A stretch of 64,000 nt of DNA from Botryllus schlosseri (Eukaryota), in NCBI GenBank assembly GCA_051294905.1, contig CM119372.1, positions 35,156,001 to 35,220,000 on the forward strand, written 5' to 3'. The notes beneath the pieces are model-generated. The model was not told where the DNA came from. It was given only the letters and a program-made list of their open reading frames with translations, and ran no database searches. A program made the translations under genes and the position numbers. Positions 12,586 to 24,321 of the stretch are shown one piece after another. The stretch's first letter is position 1; every line of letters begins with the position of its first letter.

Positions 12586-13404
12586 GGCCCTTTCCATACC
12601 GGATTTACGCACAAGTTCCGAAACAGGCGATGTTCACATAGAGAAAAAATTACCGAAACAGTTCCGAGAAAAGAGCGCGTTCATACCTATTTAGAGTTAC
12701 CGCGAACTTATGTTCATACCGGTCGTTTTTCGGTAAATTCGCGGAAATTATGGCCAGTATGAACGCGATTCTCCGTAAGTGTTGATAGTTACGAAACCAT
12801 GTCTGTGGGGTGTTCCAGTTGCAATATGCTTGTGGAAAACGATGTGGGAGAGGCATATTCGTGAGATGCGGAGAGGTTGGCTCCAACTTTTAGTTATGGG
12901 ATGTTGCGGATATGCTTTCTCGATGTGTATGGAGCTCTATACTCAATATACCTGTATCAGTAATAGAGCCCGAGCATGTTCCTGGCTTGTATATTATCAA
13001 CCGAAGCTGAGATCAGAAACTGAAAGCCAGCAAAGAGGATAGAGTCCTGGAATGAAAAGAACCACCGATCACATCTGCGTACGACAAAGTCAGTTTATCT
13101 TTGTGATTGCTGTATAATGGCTTGGGTAAATCTAATCTTATGTACACTGTATAGAAAAACCAGGGAATTCAAGAAATCCGTAAGAGAAACATTTGGTATA
13201 CTCTGCGACGAGCTTCGAGACCATAACGAAAAGCAGCCAGCAAATTATACGAACTCAATTTCTCTTGCTTGCTGAGTAGCTGTCGCTCTTTTGAGGCTAG
13301 CCAATGAAGCCAATCGTTTGTAGATCCAAGTAAACATCAGATGTATTTTAAGAAGGCAACTATGTCACAAGTTGATTTAAATAAAAATAATTGCTGGTGC
13401 CTGG

Positions 13405-13854
13405 TAGGGCTAGCCACAATGATTGGAGTACTCGAATCTGAATCGAGAAATAACTTTAATGATTCGAGTCGAGTAGTGAAATACTATTTTTCGAGTACTG
13501 AAATTATACTGAAAGTTGATTTACTAACGAGAATATACCGTAGTTTTGATACTATTTTTCACTGAGTAAGCCCTGAAACCTTGATTGGCCGTATCGCAAC
13601 ATACGTGATATAGTACAAAGCTACGAACGTTGCTGGAAATAACACATTTTCGAAGTCATGACCATCCCATAACACTGTCAAGCAGTGCAATGAAAATGGT
13701 ATGGTCGAAAAAACACCAGAGTATTTTTAATGTGACGGAAAATAGGTGTTCTACACATTTGAATTTTGGCATGGTACATTGTGTTGTGATGTCATCATGA
13801 TGATATACTCGACTCGAATCGAATTACTCAGGTACTCGATTTTGCCCAGCCCTA
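13405..13854. mobile_element. hAT-type MITE (TAGGGCT...AGCCCTA)
   Basis: Imperfect TIRs; TSD GTGCCTGG/GTGCATAG (6/8). Confidence 0.55.
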
Positions 13855-14430
13855 GTGCATAGTAATATTTCTATATTTGTCATGGCGGAATGTCAGCCAG
13901 TTTTTGCGTAGCATACCACTACAAAAAGGTCAGACAAATTTGATCTTGAATCTTTATGTTAGAAAAAGAAGTCTGAAAGACCAATTGTTCTTGCCAAGTA
14001 GGCTACTTTCTGTCTCAAAAGTAAGACCCAAATTGATGAAAAATAGACTTAAACTGGAACCTGAGCAGTCAACACAATGACTTGGACTCGAGTCATAAGA
14101 CCATGACTCGAACTCGACGCTCTGCTCAATGAGTTGGACTCGGATTTGACTCGGTGGTAAATTGAAAATGACTCGACTTGTGACTTGATTACAACCCTGC
14201 TCACTTATTAAGACTGAAATTGCTGAAAATGAGGCCTAATTTGTATAGTTTTTGTAGTGTAGTCAGACATGTACATCAACCTACTCATTTAGTTACTTTT
14301 AGTTACTAAAACTAAGTACTTCTAGTTGTGGATTTGAAAAAGTGAATAGTTTCTGGTTCTAGTTGCGGATATTTGAAAGTGAGTAGTTCTAGTTCTAATT
14401 GCAGATTTTGAAAAGTTGATAGTTCTAGTT

Positions 14431-15088
14431 CAGGGCCGGCCAACCGGTGGCCCGCGAGTTAATTTCCGAAATTTAGTAGTATTATCAAAAATGGACTGCA
14501 CAGACTGTGAACTTGCAAGGCCAATCAAAAATTTGATTAGTCTGGCCGCCACACTTGAGATGTGATGACTGAAAATCAGTTCCGACGCATTGGTAGATCT
14601 ATGAGCCAGTCACATTTTGGTAGATATTCGTACACTACAATAAAGCAGAATACTTTGCGATAGATTTATCAAAAATAAAAATTTTCTACACGCGTAGCGC
14701 AACATCTTGTCACTCGATTTCTTGCATTTAATATCGTTACCCCTTCGTGAAAATGAAATAACTCCTAATCTATCAGATTGAGTCTAATTATGTATATATT
14801 CGCGACCTTCCGTTTGCGCTCGCAGAAAGACCGTCGACTATGAAACCTAGGCACAAAGTGATTGCCGCATGTTGGACAAAGCTTTCGATATCGATATGTC
14901 CAGGTGCCGAATCGTCCAGTCCTTGCAAACTGAGCCCAGCGATATACAGCAGGCTTGCAATGTAGTCAAGTGACAATATTCTTAATTTATCAACTTCAGA
15001 AAGTTTTCGCGCTTAACGCGGCTAGTGGCCCGCAGAATAGTTCGTCAATCGAATGTGGCGTTTTGGCTGAATAGGTTGGCCACCCCTG
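14431..15088. mobile_element. hAT (Charlie/Buster-type) MITE inserted in an AGTTCT-rich repeat
   Basis: Ends CAGGGCCGGCCAACC / GGTTGGCCACCCCTG; perfect TSD TTCTAGTT. Confidence 0.85.
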
Positions 15089-16390
15089 TTCTAGTTACTA
15101 GTTTGAAAAATTGAGTAGTTCTAGTAGAAGTTGCGCATTTTGAAATTCAAGTACTTTTGTACAACTGTTGTGGGTGGATAAAAAATTACCACAGCAACAT
15201 TTGTACCAAACATGCATTTGCTGCAAGCTTTTCAGGATGACTTCATGATTGAGAGCCAGAGGGTTCCGTACTTCCCTGAAACACAAATAGAGCATAAGCT
15301 AAAGCTAATTTCAAATATGTAATATAAATTTCCTTTCTGCTGCCCTTAAAATTCACAATTGCTTTTTCAGAAACTTAGCAAAGCACACATGAAGGTTAAA
15401 AGATTTCGGTCGACTGAAGGCTTTACTCAGAAACTGCAATCCGCTAAGGCCAGAATGATACAAAGGATGGTATACGCAATGAAGACAAGACCTGGTGGTG
15501 ATCCAAGTATCGCTGGCCCAGACGTCGGAAATGCCCTGTGTGACTTTCTCAATAAACAATGCTCTTGCTTAACCAGATGTGTTTGTTTTATTCATGAGAA
15601 AAACTATAACTTAATGCACACTTTCACAGTTCCACATTTTTCATCAGTATCCTCCATCTAGACCTGCGAAAAGATCAGATTAAGTTACACTTGCATAACA
15701 TTGCATAACAAAGGAATGACTTGTTTGCAGCAAGAAAATGAAGGCATAGGTAAAAACCAAATTAAGGCTTGGATGATGTACAATGGTTTACCAGCCGTTG
15801 GTACAATTTCGATTTTGGTTGGTGATTTAGAGCGAAGGACATCATTCTCTGCTGTGCTGCCACTATCAAATCAGATGTTACTAAATCCCCTTTTCAGTAG
15901 GCGTATATGACGGTGTAACAAATTTGGTAAGGGTTAAGATCGCCTACCAAATTAGTGTTGAAGTCCTCAAGTTTTCAGGCAACTCACCCAATGCTGCATC
16001 ATTTGGAGATGGTGTTCTACATTTTTAGCCGTGCTCTGTTTACAAAACCACAGAAAAAGAAGCTGACTAGTAGTCAGTGACTACGTATTGTGAGCATACA
16101 TAATAGAAATCCAAGAATAATGAATTCCCAACACCATTACACAGGTAGCTGACCTCGAAATACAAGCAGCCTGAATGAACAGCGCGTTACCGTAACTAAA
16201 ATATTGATTGACAGCGTTCCGGGAACCCAGCTGCGCCATTCGTGTTCAACTGTTCATACTCAGTCGGTCCCGTAAAAATCTCCGAAAATAAGCGCGTTCA
16301 TACCGCCCCGAAAAACCAGCGTTATGTTCACATAGAGAGGTTCCGGTAAACATTTTCGAGAAATGTTATTCCCGGAACCCCGGTAGGGCC

Positions 16391-17740
16391 TAAGCGATTA
16401 ACTTCGTCCTTGATGAACGATTGATCTTCGCGACTATAATTTCTTGATGGGGTGGCGATAGGCTTGCAATTGAAATCTAGGAATCCAAATAGCTGAAGAG
16501 GTTCTGCCTTAGCAGGGGACAAAGCGCACGATCGACTTTGTATTGTCAGCGGTTCTTCGTTTCCGTCAAACTCGAAGATGACTTTCTTGTGCTTCTTCAT
16601 GAAATCATGACCAAGAATTACATCAGCGCACAAATCCTTAACCACCCCGAAAGTGACACCCACAGTTTCGAGATAGCATTTCGAAAGAAACAGTAAAGGT
16701 GCCGGAAACTTCGGCTGCCGCTGTCTTGGATGCGAGTGATATAGTAGTGGACTGACCTCGTGGCAGGAATCCTAGTTCAATGGCTAGCAACTCGTCCATA
16801 TAATTTTCGAAAGAGCCCGAGTCTAATAGAACGCCCACAAGTAATTTATGAATTTTAGCTGTGCATGACGCACGCCAGAGACAATTTGGAACTCCTGCTA
16901 GAAGCATGCTGGCGGTCGCTCGGATGTCATATAAATGAGGGGATCGACATACCTTTGCATAATGCCCCTTTCTTCCGCATTTCAGGCATTCGACGCCCTT
17001 TGCAGGACAATAGCGATTGTCTGCCACATGAGATCCGCCGCAGAAGATGCATTTGCGCAGTAATCTCGGTGCTCCAGGCTTTCCTACAGCGGCGGTAGAA
17101 TCTGTCCCGTGTTCCGGATCGCTTTGCCGAACTGCTGCAATTTCCGTAGAAGCGATTGTATCAGACAAATGAGGGTTGGCATTGTACGAGCTTGCGAACA
17201 ATTGGGCTCTTTCTAACGTGTCCGCAGTCTGGAAGGCTTTTTGCATAGTTAGTTCATCGCATTCCAGTAATCTTTGTCGAATTGCTGGGGACCTCAGCCC
17301 AGTGATGCAAGCGTCTCTTACAGCTTCCTCTTGTCTCTTACAGCTTCCTCTTTATGCTTTTGAGCATTTACGGCCAAGAAGTTACAATCTTTAGACAATG
17401 CCATCAATTTTCTAGAAAATTCTGACACGTTAACTCCGACCTCTTGCGTTGCAGTTGCTAGCAGATGTCGGGCGTAGACTTCGTTTTTCTTCTTTTTGTA
17501 AAGGGACTGCAGCTCGGTGATAGCAGCATCGTAATTATCAATTTCTTCAATAAATGAAAACACTTCAGGTGATAAATAACCTGACAATATAGCGAGCTTG
17601 TTTACATCAGTTGAAGGAGCAGTTATAGCTTCGATTAAACTCTTCAACATCCGCTCCCAATGAGAGAATATCTTCGCACTATCTGCAGAGTCTGGTAAAA
17701 CGTCCAACGTTGGAACTTTAATATACTTCACTCCAGACAT
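16391..17740 (-). pseudogene. gag: Gypsy gag plus aspartic protease (frameshifted)
   Basis: ATG at 17740 (MSGVKYIK). Zinc knuckle CLKCGRKGHYAKVC preceded by CIFCGGSH..C. Protease LLDSGS and ILGHDF. A 20-bp tandem duplication (17313-17352) and a shift near 16650 break the frame. Confidence 0.93.
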
Positions 17741-17776
17741 TACTACAGGCGATCTTTCTCCAAGCAGCGAGATACA

Positions 17777-17792
17777 ATTTAAGTTAGTAAAA
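17777..17792 (-). promoter_or_regulatory. Primer-binding-site position complementary to the element's own LTR (candidate self-priming site)
   Basis: Minus-strand TTTTACTAACTTAAAT lies 1 nt after the LTR end. It is a perfect 16-nt reverse complement of 17832-17847 and does not start with TGG. Confidence 0.65.
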
Positions 17793-17793
17793 T

Positions 17794-17866
17794 TGTCGTA
17801 CCAGTACACAGAAGACTCTTGTTTCGTTGGCTTTTACTAACTTAAATCTCGGCGTCAAATACAACA
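17794..17866 (-). repeat. Candidate 73-bp 5' LTR (TGTTGTA...TACGACA)
   Basis: TG...CA ends with a 6/7 terminal inverted repeat, 53 nt upstream of the gag ATG. The partner LTR is not in the window. Confidence 0.6.
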
Positions 17867-18544
17867 GTAACAGTAGCGATTTAAGTAACGGAGGAATTGG
17901 AAAATAATGATTAGAAAAGCGATGATTACGTGATGCACGATGGCTTGAATACAAAAGACTATACGAATCACCACAAAATGTAATAAGCAGGAAGATGCGG
18001 TTGCAGTTGCGGTCTCCTTAACTGGCATACACGTCGGCCTAGCGCCCGGTGTCGCAGTACTTTCTTCGATGTTTTTCTCTGTTCTGCGGTTCAATTTTTT
18101 GCTCTTTTCATGCCTTGTATATGCGCTCTTTCACGTGTCATTTTTTTTCTCGTTGTAAGAACGGCGACGTTAAGGGAAGAGGAGCCGAAAATAACCTCCG
18201 TCACGGAATTGGTCCCGGGCTGCCCGGGCGGCAGGCGTTTATCGTCGTCACTACGCTTTCTCCTCGCTAGCGATCGCGATAGTGCAAAGATTGTTTAAGT
18301 GCAATAGCATCACAACTAGAAATGAAATTAGAACCGACAGAATATACTCGTTGCGATTGTTCATAACTGACTGAATCGTCTGCGGCGTATTTAACAGTAA
18401 TAAAATTACAAATACAGTACAGTTCCAGAAAGTATAAACATATTCCCTATATTGTTTTCAGAGCGCTAAGACCAGGCACTGTAGATCTACGTGTGATTAA
18501 ATAGGTGTATTATCAGATTTCAACCATAATGTGTGGGTATATAG

Positions 18545-19506
18545 AAGGGATGGTGCGTATCCTGGAAGTTTCTGACTCGTGTGAACGTAAACCTTTTTGA
18601 AGGGGTCTATGTGAACGAAAACGTGAACCTTTGACGTCATGTGATGTCTAATTGCTAATTCTAACCCAACATTTCCGACGACTCCGGCCACAATGCTGAA
18701 GTACAAGCTGATTTTTTATACGTCACCAAACGTATCGACGAGAAGAGTCAAATCTATAGTAATCACATGAAATCAATATCTCCCATCGCATTGCCAACAA
18801 TCTGGACGAGGACTTGCAAGGTAATAAAAGATTACGTCTTGACGGTGTAGGGTAGACCGTAGAATGTATTCCTAAGACGTGGTCAGACTATTGTTACATT
18901 GAGTTATATAAGAGTGAAAAACCGATTTTTTATAGTTCCGACAAAAACAAGTTATGCAGTAGCCAACACCCCAATCCTACGGATTTGGTTTTCATGATAC
19001 AATAACTAAATCAGATCAAGATAGATCCCGCTCGCCCTCTAAGATATTTTATATTAAACAACGATTCATCCTCTATATAAGTTTCGTTGATGTCAATGTC
19101 AATATAAGTCGTTACTACGACTAACTACATGTAGTGTATTTCGTTTTTGCTATTGTTTGATTACGGGGAGAGCTCACAGCAGAGAGTCACTAAATCTGCA
19201 CAATCGGAAAGCTGAACATTTCTAGCAAACAATTTCTAACAGAACAAATAACTTGAGAAATTGGAAAGTTACGAGCTCGTTTAGTGCTGAATTTCTTTTC
19301 ATGCTGTACCTACTTTCTGCGGTGAGTGGTTCGAAGTTGGATTGCAAAGAATTCCAACAAAAAATGTTATAATGACATTGGAAATTGTAATAGATGAAAA
19401 CGGTCCACAGTGCAGAACCTACCAAGATTCGTTGGCGAACGCGACCTCTAAATGTCGGAGGTTCACACAGAACGCGAACGTGAACCTCAATTTCGCGCCA
19501 TCCTTA
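18545..19506. mobile_element. hAT-type MITE family A (TAGGGATGGTGTGAAC ends), diverged copy
   Basis: Degenerate TIRs, GTGAAC subterminal motifs, internal similarity to copies at 37518, 47584 and 58719. Confidence 0.7.
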
Positions 19507-22278
19507 GTAAATATAGTGTGAACGGTACTTTCAGGTACCAAATTATGCTTCCGTACCCATCCCATTGGGTGTAATATAGAGTCAAATACACCATGTTGTG
19601 TTAAAGTCATCTGGACCCATTCGAATACGTTTAAAAGCATAATTTGATTCCTGGCGGGTCCGTTCATTTGATTTACACCTCACGCTATTGTGGGAAGTTT
19701 ATAAGTACACCTATGTTATCACCAATGGATTTACTTGGGCTTGCCGACTATGCGATGCATCGACCATACGGTAGAAATTAAACATTCGATATCCGGCTGT
19801 TTTTCTACAATATACAGGAAGCCGTACTTCTAGTATATACGCAGTTGATGCGTATTTTGTGACAACAAAACACATCTCAATCAAGCATCACATGGTCGCT
19901 GCAGTTCAGTGGTTGCATCGCTAGTTCTACAGAAAGTCATTTTTTGGTATTTGCCCCTAGCTATATTCTCAAAAGCTAGCCACATTCGAGGATACAAGAG
20001 CCGGCTCCACACCAATGTGCATGAGCATTATCCATACGGACAATCCGGAGTCACAGTTTCACAACTCTATCATAATCAACTAGTCAATTATGATCAATTT
20101 ATCACTAAACCCCCTGGTAATCTCATACGTGATGGAATCCGGAAAACGCTTCTTCTCATCAACGGTGAGTTAAGCACAGGTAGAATGTGATATTGAAACG
20201 TGAATCCATGTGCGGCGAATTATTATACGTCAAACATTGGACCGTTACGGCTGTGATGCATTCAATTCAATGAGGATCCGTCATAACTTTATGATTTCGC
20301 AATGCAAGAGTTCTTTGCTTCTCACTGAACCTTGTAGACTTCATTCTTATTGACTCTTTACTGATTTCGGGTACGGAAACAAACTGAATACACTTAACAC
20401 ACTTCGATTGGATAAAGATTTGAAATCTCAATTCGTACCAGCTGTGTTTCAATATTGCTCACCGCAAGGATAGCATACCTTACCTATATCATAAGTAACG
20501 ATTTCAAATTCATGTTAGCCTTGTGATGTGCGAGAGCGAGGAACCTGTAGTCGGTTTTATTGACAATATCTCGACTGGCGCTGACAATATAAACGGATCG
20601 CCCTGCCACGGTGAGTCGTAGGGCTGGCGGTGCACCAGATTTAAGGTACTTTTCACTGGAAAGCAAACGTCCACTTTCTGTGTGAAGAGGTCAAAGCTTA
20701 TCAAGAAACTTACAAAGGTTTTGCCTAATCACTTCAATGGTTGTGTTTAAGAGTAGGCTACTTCCTTCCATCTCCACTTGGCAGCTTTATTCCTCCTTGT
20801 GAGGGAAATTAACATGACCTATTCGCACCAATTTGTAATGTCATTGGTTATTCTGTGTTACTGAAAAACATGTACGATGTAAAAGTAAACTGTATTCGGT
20901 GAAGTGACCACCTCCGATTAACTGATCAAATTATGCCACACCAAGGCCAAATCTACTTTTTCAAACTAACTACTTGGGTACTGTTCGTATCTCCATTATT
21001 CTGCTCCTGCTTGCTGTAGTTTTGACATGTCTTTGAAATTTTTAGAAATTAGTGGAAATTTATGGCCTTGCGCAACTTCATCTTGAACAGCAAGACTGAC
21101 TACGTTGAACACCTATGGCCTATGCGAGCCTGCCAGTGCTGACGTAATATGCTGTAGCGGATTACGGACCTGCTGAAGTATCAAATTCTATGCATGAGTT
21201 CATGAGAAGCGTCTCGCGCACGGGTATTCTCCGTTAGTGTTCTCTCGGTTTTCGTGTTGACACTTCCTGGAGTGTTGAGTAAGAGACGTTCTGCAACCTG
21301 GCAAATGGGTATAAAATTACGTTTGGCTAATGCTAATTATAGTATAGAAGCACATATCTAGTGCTGACGAATGACGTAACGTACCTTTGCTGAATTCTTT
21401 CCGGAAACCGTTTAACAAGGTAATACAGTATGTGGATGTCTTTCATTTGTACGTACTTGATTCGATGTGAGTTTATTCCAACTCAATTAAGCGGTCATTC
21501 CACGTACATCGAGGTATGCGCTCGGTTAAGACTGTCGTGTCGTATATAAATCAGTACAAGCGCATACATAATACCGGTTATTGTGTCACATTATTGTAAA
21601 ATGCGAATGCTACGGGACACGTTGCTGGTTTATTTAGTGGGAAGAGGTCCAACACTTTTCTGCTTATACAATCAAGTCGTTTTTTCGTGAGATGGAGGAT
21701 TGAGGCAATACCGTTCGCCAGACGAGTCGTCACCTGTTTTAAATAACAGACTCTATGGGTTATTGACAATACCTTTATTGGTAACAGTGAAATACGTTCA
21801 ATGCAGTAGTGTTCTAGAGGTTCCGTGGTGTTCAAGAAACACAGTCAACTCATTCATATGATTTGTGATGATACGCCGGTCTTGGCCCCCATTTGTTGTA
21901 GATAATTAGGCCCGATCAGTATGGTCAAGTTGCGACTTTTTCGGTGGTACGTCATGAGCAGTGCCGCACGCATGGGGGTTGGGGGGTTCTAAATCGAAAC
22001 TTCGTCCTTCTGAAATGATAATTCGAGCCCCATTATTTATAAGCCCATTTATAATTAGGCAATGGGTATCACGCTGTTGTGCTCCTGCCGAACAATACCA
22101 CGACAGTTTTAAAGATGAAGCCTCGCATTTCTGAACTGGTGTCTAAGAAGGAACAGCTGAAGTCACATTGATTTGCAATATTCATTGTAATGTGTTTGTT
22201 TTGTTTGGGAATTATATTTTATTGCATTTGTTCTAGTATGTTGATGCATATATCTTTTAGACCTTCAGTAATCTATGG

Positions 22279-24001
22279 CAGTGCACTTCAACCGGGGTTT
22301 TCGTACACCCTAGGGTGTACCAGAATTTGCAAAGGGTGTACCACTCGGATGGGGTGTACAGGGGTGTACAGGGGTGTACCAGATCCGAATTAAATTGAGC
22401 CGATGGCTAGCTATCACAAAGGCGGGTTTATGCGTCAGTACAGGTTGTCGCACAGGTTAATGTGCAATATGGCAGTGCGCTTCAACCAGGTGTTTCGTAC
22501 ACCCCAGGGTGTACAGGAGTGTACCAGATCCTCATGATGATGAACCGATGATACGATGATTACAGCTATCACAATAAATACGCCAGTTTATGCTTCAAAA
22601 CAGATTGACTGGATGTGTAATATCGTACAATGTGATATCATAAGCAAATGTTTCTCATCATTTTAACCTTTGGTAATGGACTTATTACTTCCTTTTCGAG
22701 TAGAACAGGGTGGAGTTAGCATGTGTTCAGCTTGCGATATCTGTCTGATGATTCTCGAGGAAACCACCGCTACAGGTCGGACATTTTGAATCGGTACTTC
22801 CTGCGGCAAGCTTATGAATAGCGCAGAATGCATGCTTGCGCTGCCAGGGGGTCGAGTTTTCAAACCACTGCGTTGGATAGTGGTCCAGAAACGTCGAGCC
22901 CTGATTCGTATCTAGCATTTACAATACGTTGCAGCTTGCTCAAATGTCCATCCGTATTTCGGCTAGGCCAGGGGTGCTCAACCTAAGGACGTACGGCCTC
23001 ATTCAGCCGCAAAACCATAATTTTGCGACATTCTACACATATTTGAATTAGCGTGTGTTGGCAGCCGTCATTATGCAACCAATTGGTGCTGGTTCAAGTC
23101 TCGGCTCTGCCATGTTTCTATGTGTCGGAGGTTTATCTAGGCTCCTCGTCACCGAACCCCTGTTCACGTAACGTCTTGAAAAGCCTAGAAGAAGAGTGAG
23201 CCGAGAGCTCCAAAGTCAGCAGCAGAGTCCTGAAAGTGGACGCACGTGAGAGAGAGAGAATGAAGAATGAGAGAGAGTGCTGCGCGTGCAAGCGAAAGTC
23301 GTCCTCATTACCCAAAGCAAAGACACTAAACTTTAAGAAATGCACTGTCATGGCGCACACATTCAAAAGTCGCGAATATCGCGACTCTCATTGATGTGAC
23401 ATAAAAATATTAATAATAATAATACAAACAATCCTGGTGGGAGGCCAAGAAATAACAACATGCAACCAAGTGATTAATAAGAACCGGAAGATGCATCATC
23501 ATTAAAATTGTATCCAATATTTTCGAAGACACCCTTCATCAGCTCTACGGGTTAATCTGATCACGTGATCTGAGAATGAATAAATTTTTGACAATAATAT
23601 GTGAAACTACCAACATTTTCGATGAAATCCATCCAAGGGGTGAAATTTCATACACACGTATTTCTAATGTCTTTTCGTGGACATTTATTCTAGCGATTTT
23701 GGTACATAAATTATATATTGTAAGCTTGCTGGGATGTAATTGCATTTGCGCATTGCATATCTCAAGAAATAAGTGAAGGCTCCACAAGGGGTCTCCGCGG
23801 TGTTAAGTTCCTAGTATCAAATTTCATATGAGTATTTGTCGTCCATGCGCCATGGCGACTCCTCGCTGGAATCCGAACGTATTGTTTATGTAATCAAAAT
23901 GTGACTTTCTGCGTTATCGGTGTATTATACGGTCAGGGGTGTAGGAGTTTTGAGAAAATGTTGAAAGGGTGTACCACGACGAAAAAGGTTGAAAAGCACT
24001 G
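22279..24001. mobile_element. hAT (Charlie/Buster-type) non-autonomous element 320 bp upstream of the opsin-1 ATG
   Basis: CAGTGCACTTCAACC...GGTTGAAAAGCACTG; perfect TSD ATCTATGG; left end duplicated internally at ~22473; GGGTGTAC repeats. Confidence 0.85.
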
Positions 24002-24321
24002 ATCTATGGTATTGTATCAGATGTCTAGTTAGATGTGCATTGTTGTGGACATTTGTTTTTATGACGTTTGGGGTTCAGCGAAGGTTTGAAGATTAATGTG
24101 AGTGTTTAGCGGGTTTTTACTATGGTCTCATAAATAATGATTTATCTTTTGCCCAGCTGGGCCCCAAATCAACACCTTTTCAGGAATGTAGGTTGCGCCC
24201 TTAGGCATGTCGCACTAGTCACTGGGATCTTAATGATGATTTTCAAGGAAACTTAGCAGTCAGCACTGTATTTCATTTATCCATATCGCACTTCTTCACC
24301 CTTATTTGTACAGTTGTGTTA

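Larger units (their letters stand above)
12586..16390. mobile_element. Non-autonomous PIF/Harbinger-like DNA transposon (3.8 kb including nested MITEs)
   Basis: 3-bp TSD TAA at 12583-85 and 16391-93. Ends GGCCCT...AGGGCC. Shared subterminal motifs GCGCGTTCATACC and TGTTCACATAGAGA at both ends. Removing it restores pol ...DEVNRLLEGGIIEPS. No transposase recognised. Confidence 0.8.
11163..17866 (-). mobile_element. Ty3/Gypsy LTR retrotransposon (Mag-like), inactive; interrupted at 12586-16390 and cut in the integrase at 11163
   Basis: Domain order gag-PR-RT-RNaseH-INT on the minus strand; frameshifts and an in-frame stop; candidate 5' LTR at 17794-17866. Confidence 0.95.

Noticed and set aside
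17795..17803. TGGTACGAC (minus strand) as a canonical tRNA PBS
   Set aside because: Preceded by ..GTAC rather than CA, and it lies inside the TGTTGTA...TACGACA unit. Kept only as the alternative to the self-priming model.
17855..18298. GC-richer ORFs beside the LTR as a host gene
   Set aside because: No recognisable domain or consistent exon structure.
19900..21850. Possible decayed coding sequence
   Set aside because: Stops in all frames examined and no motif I could assign.
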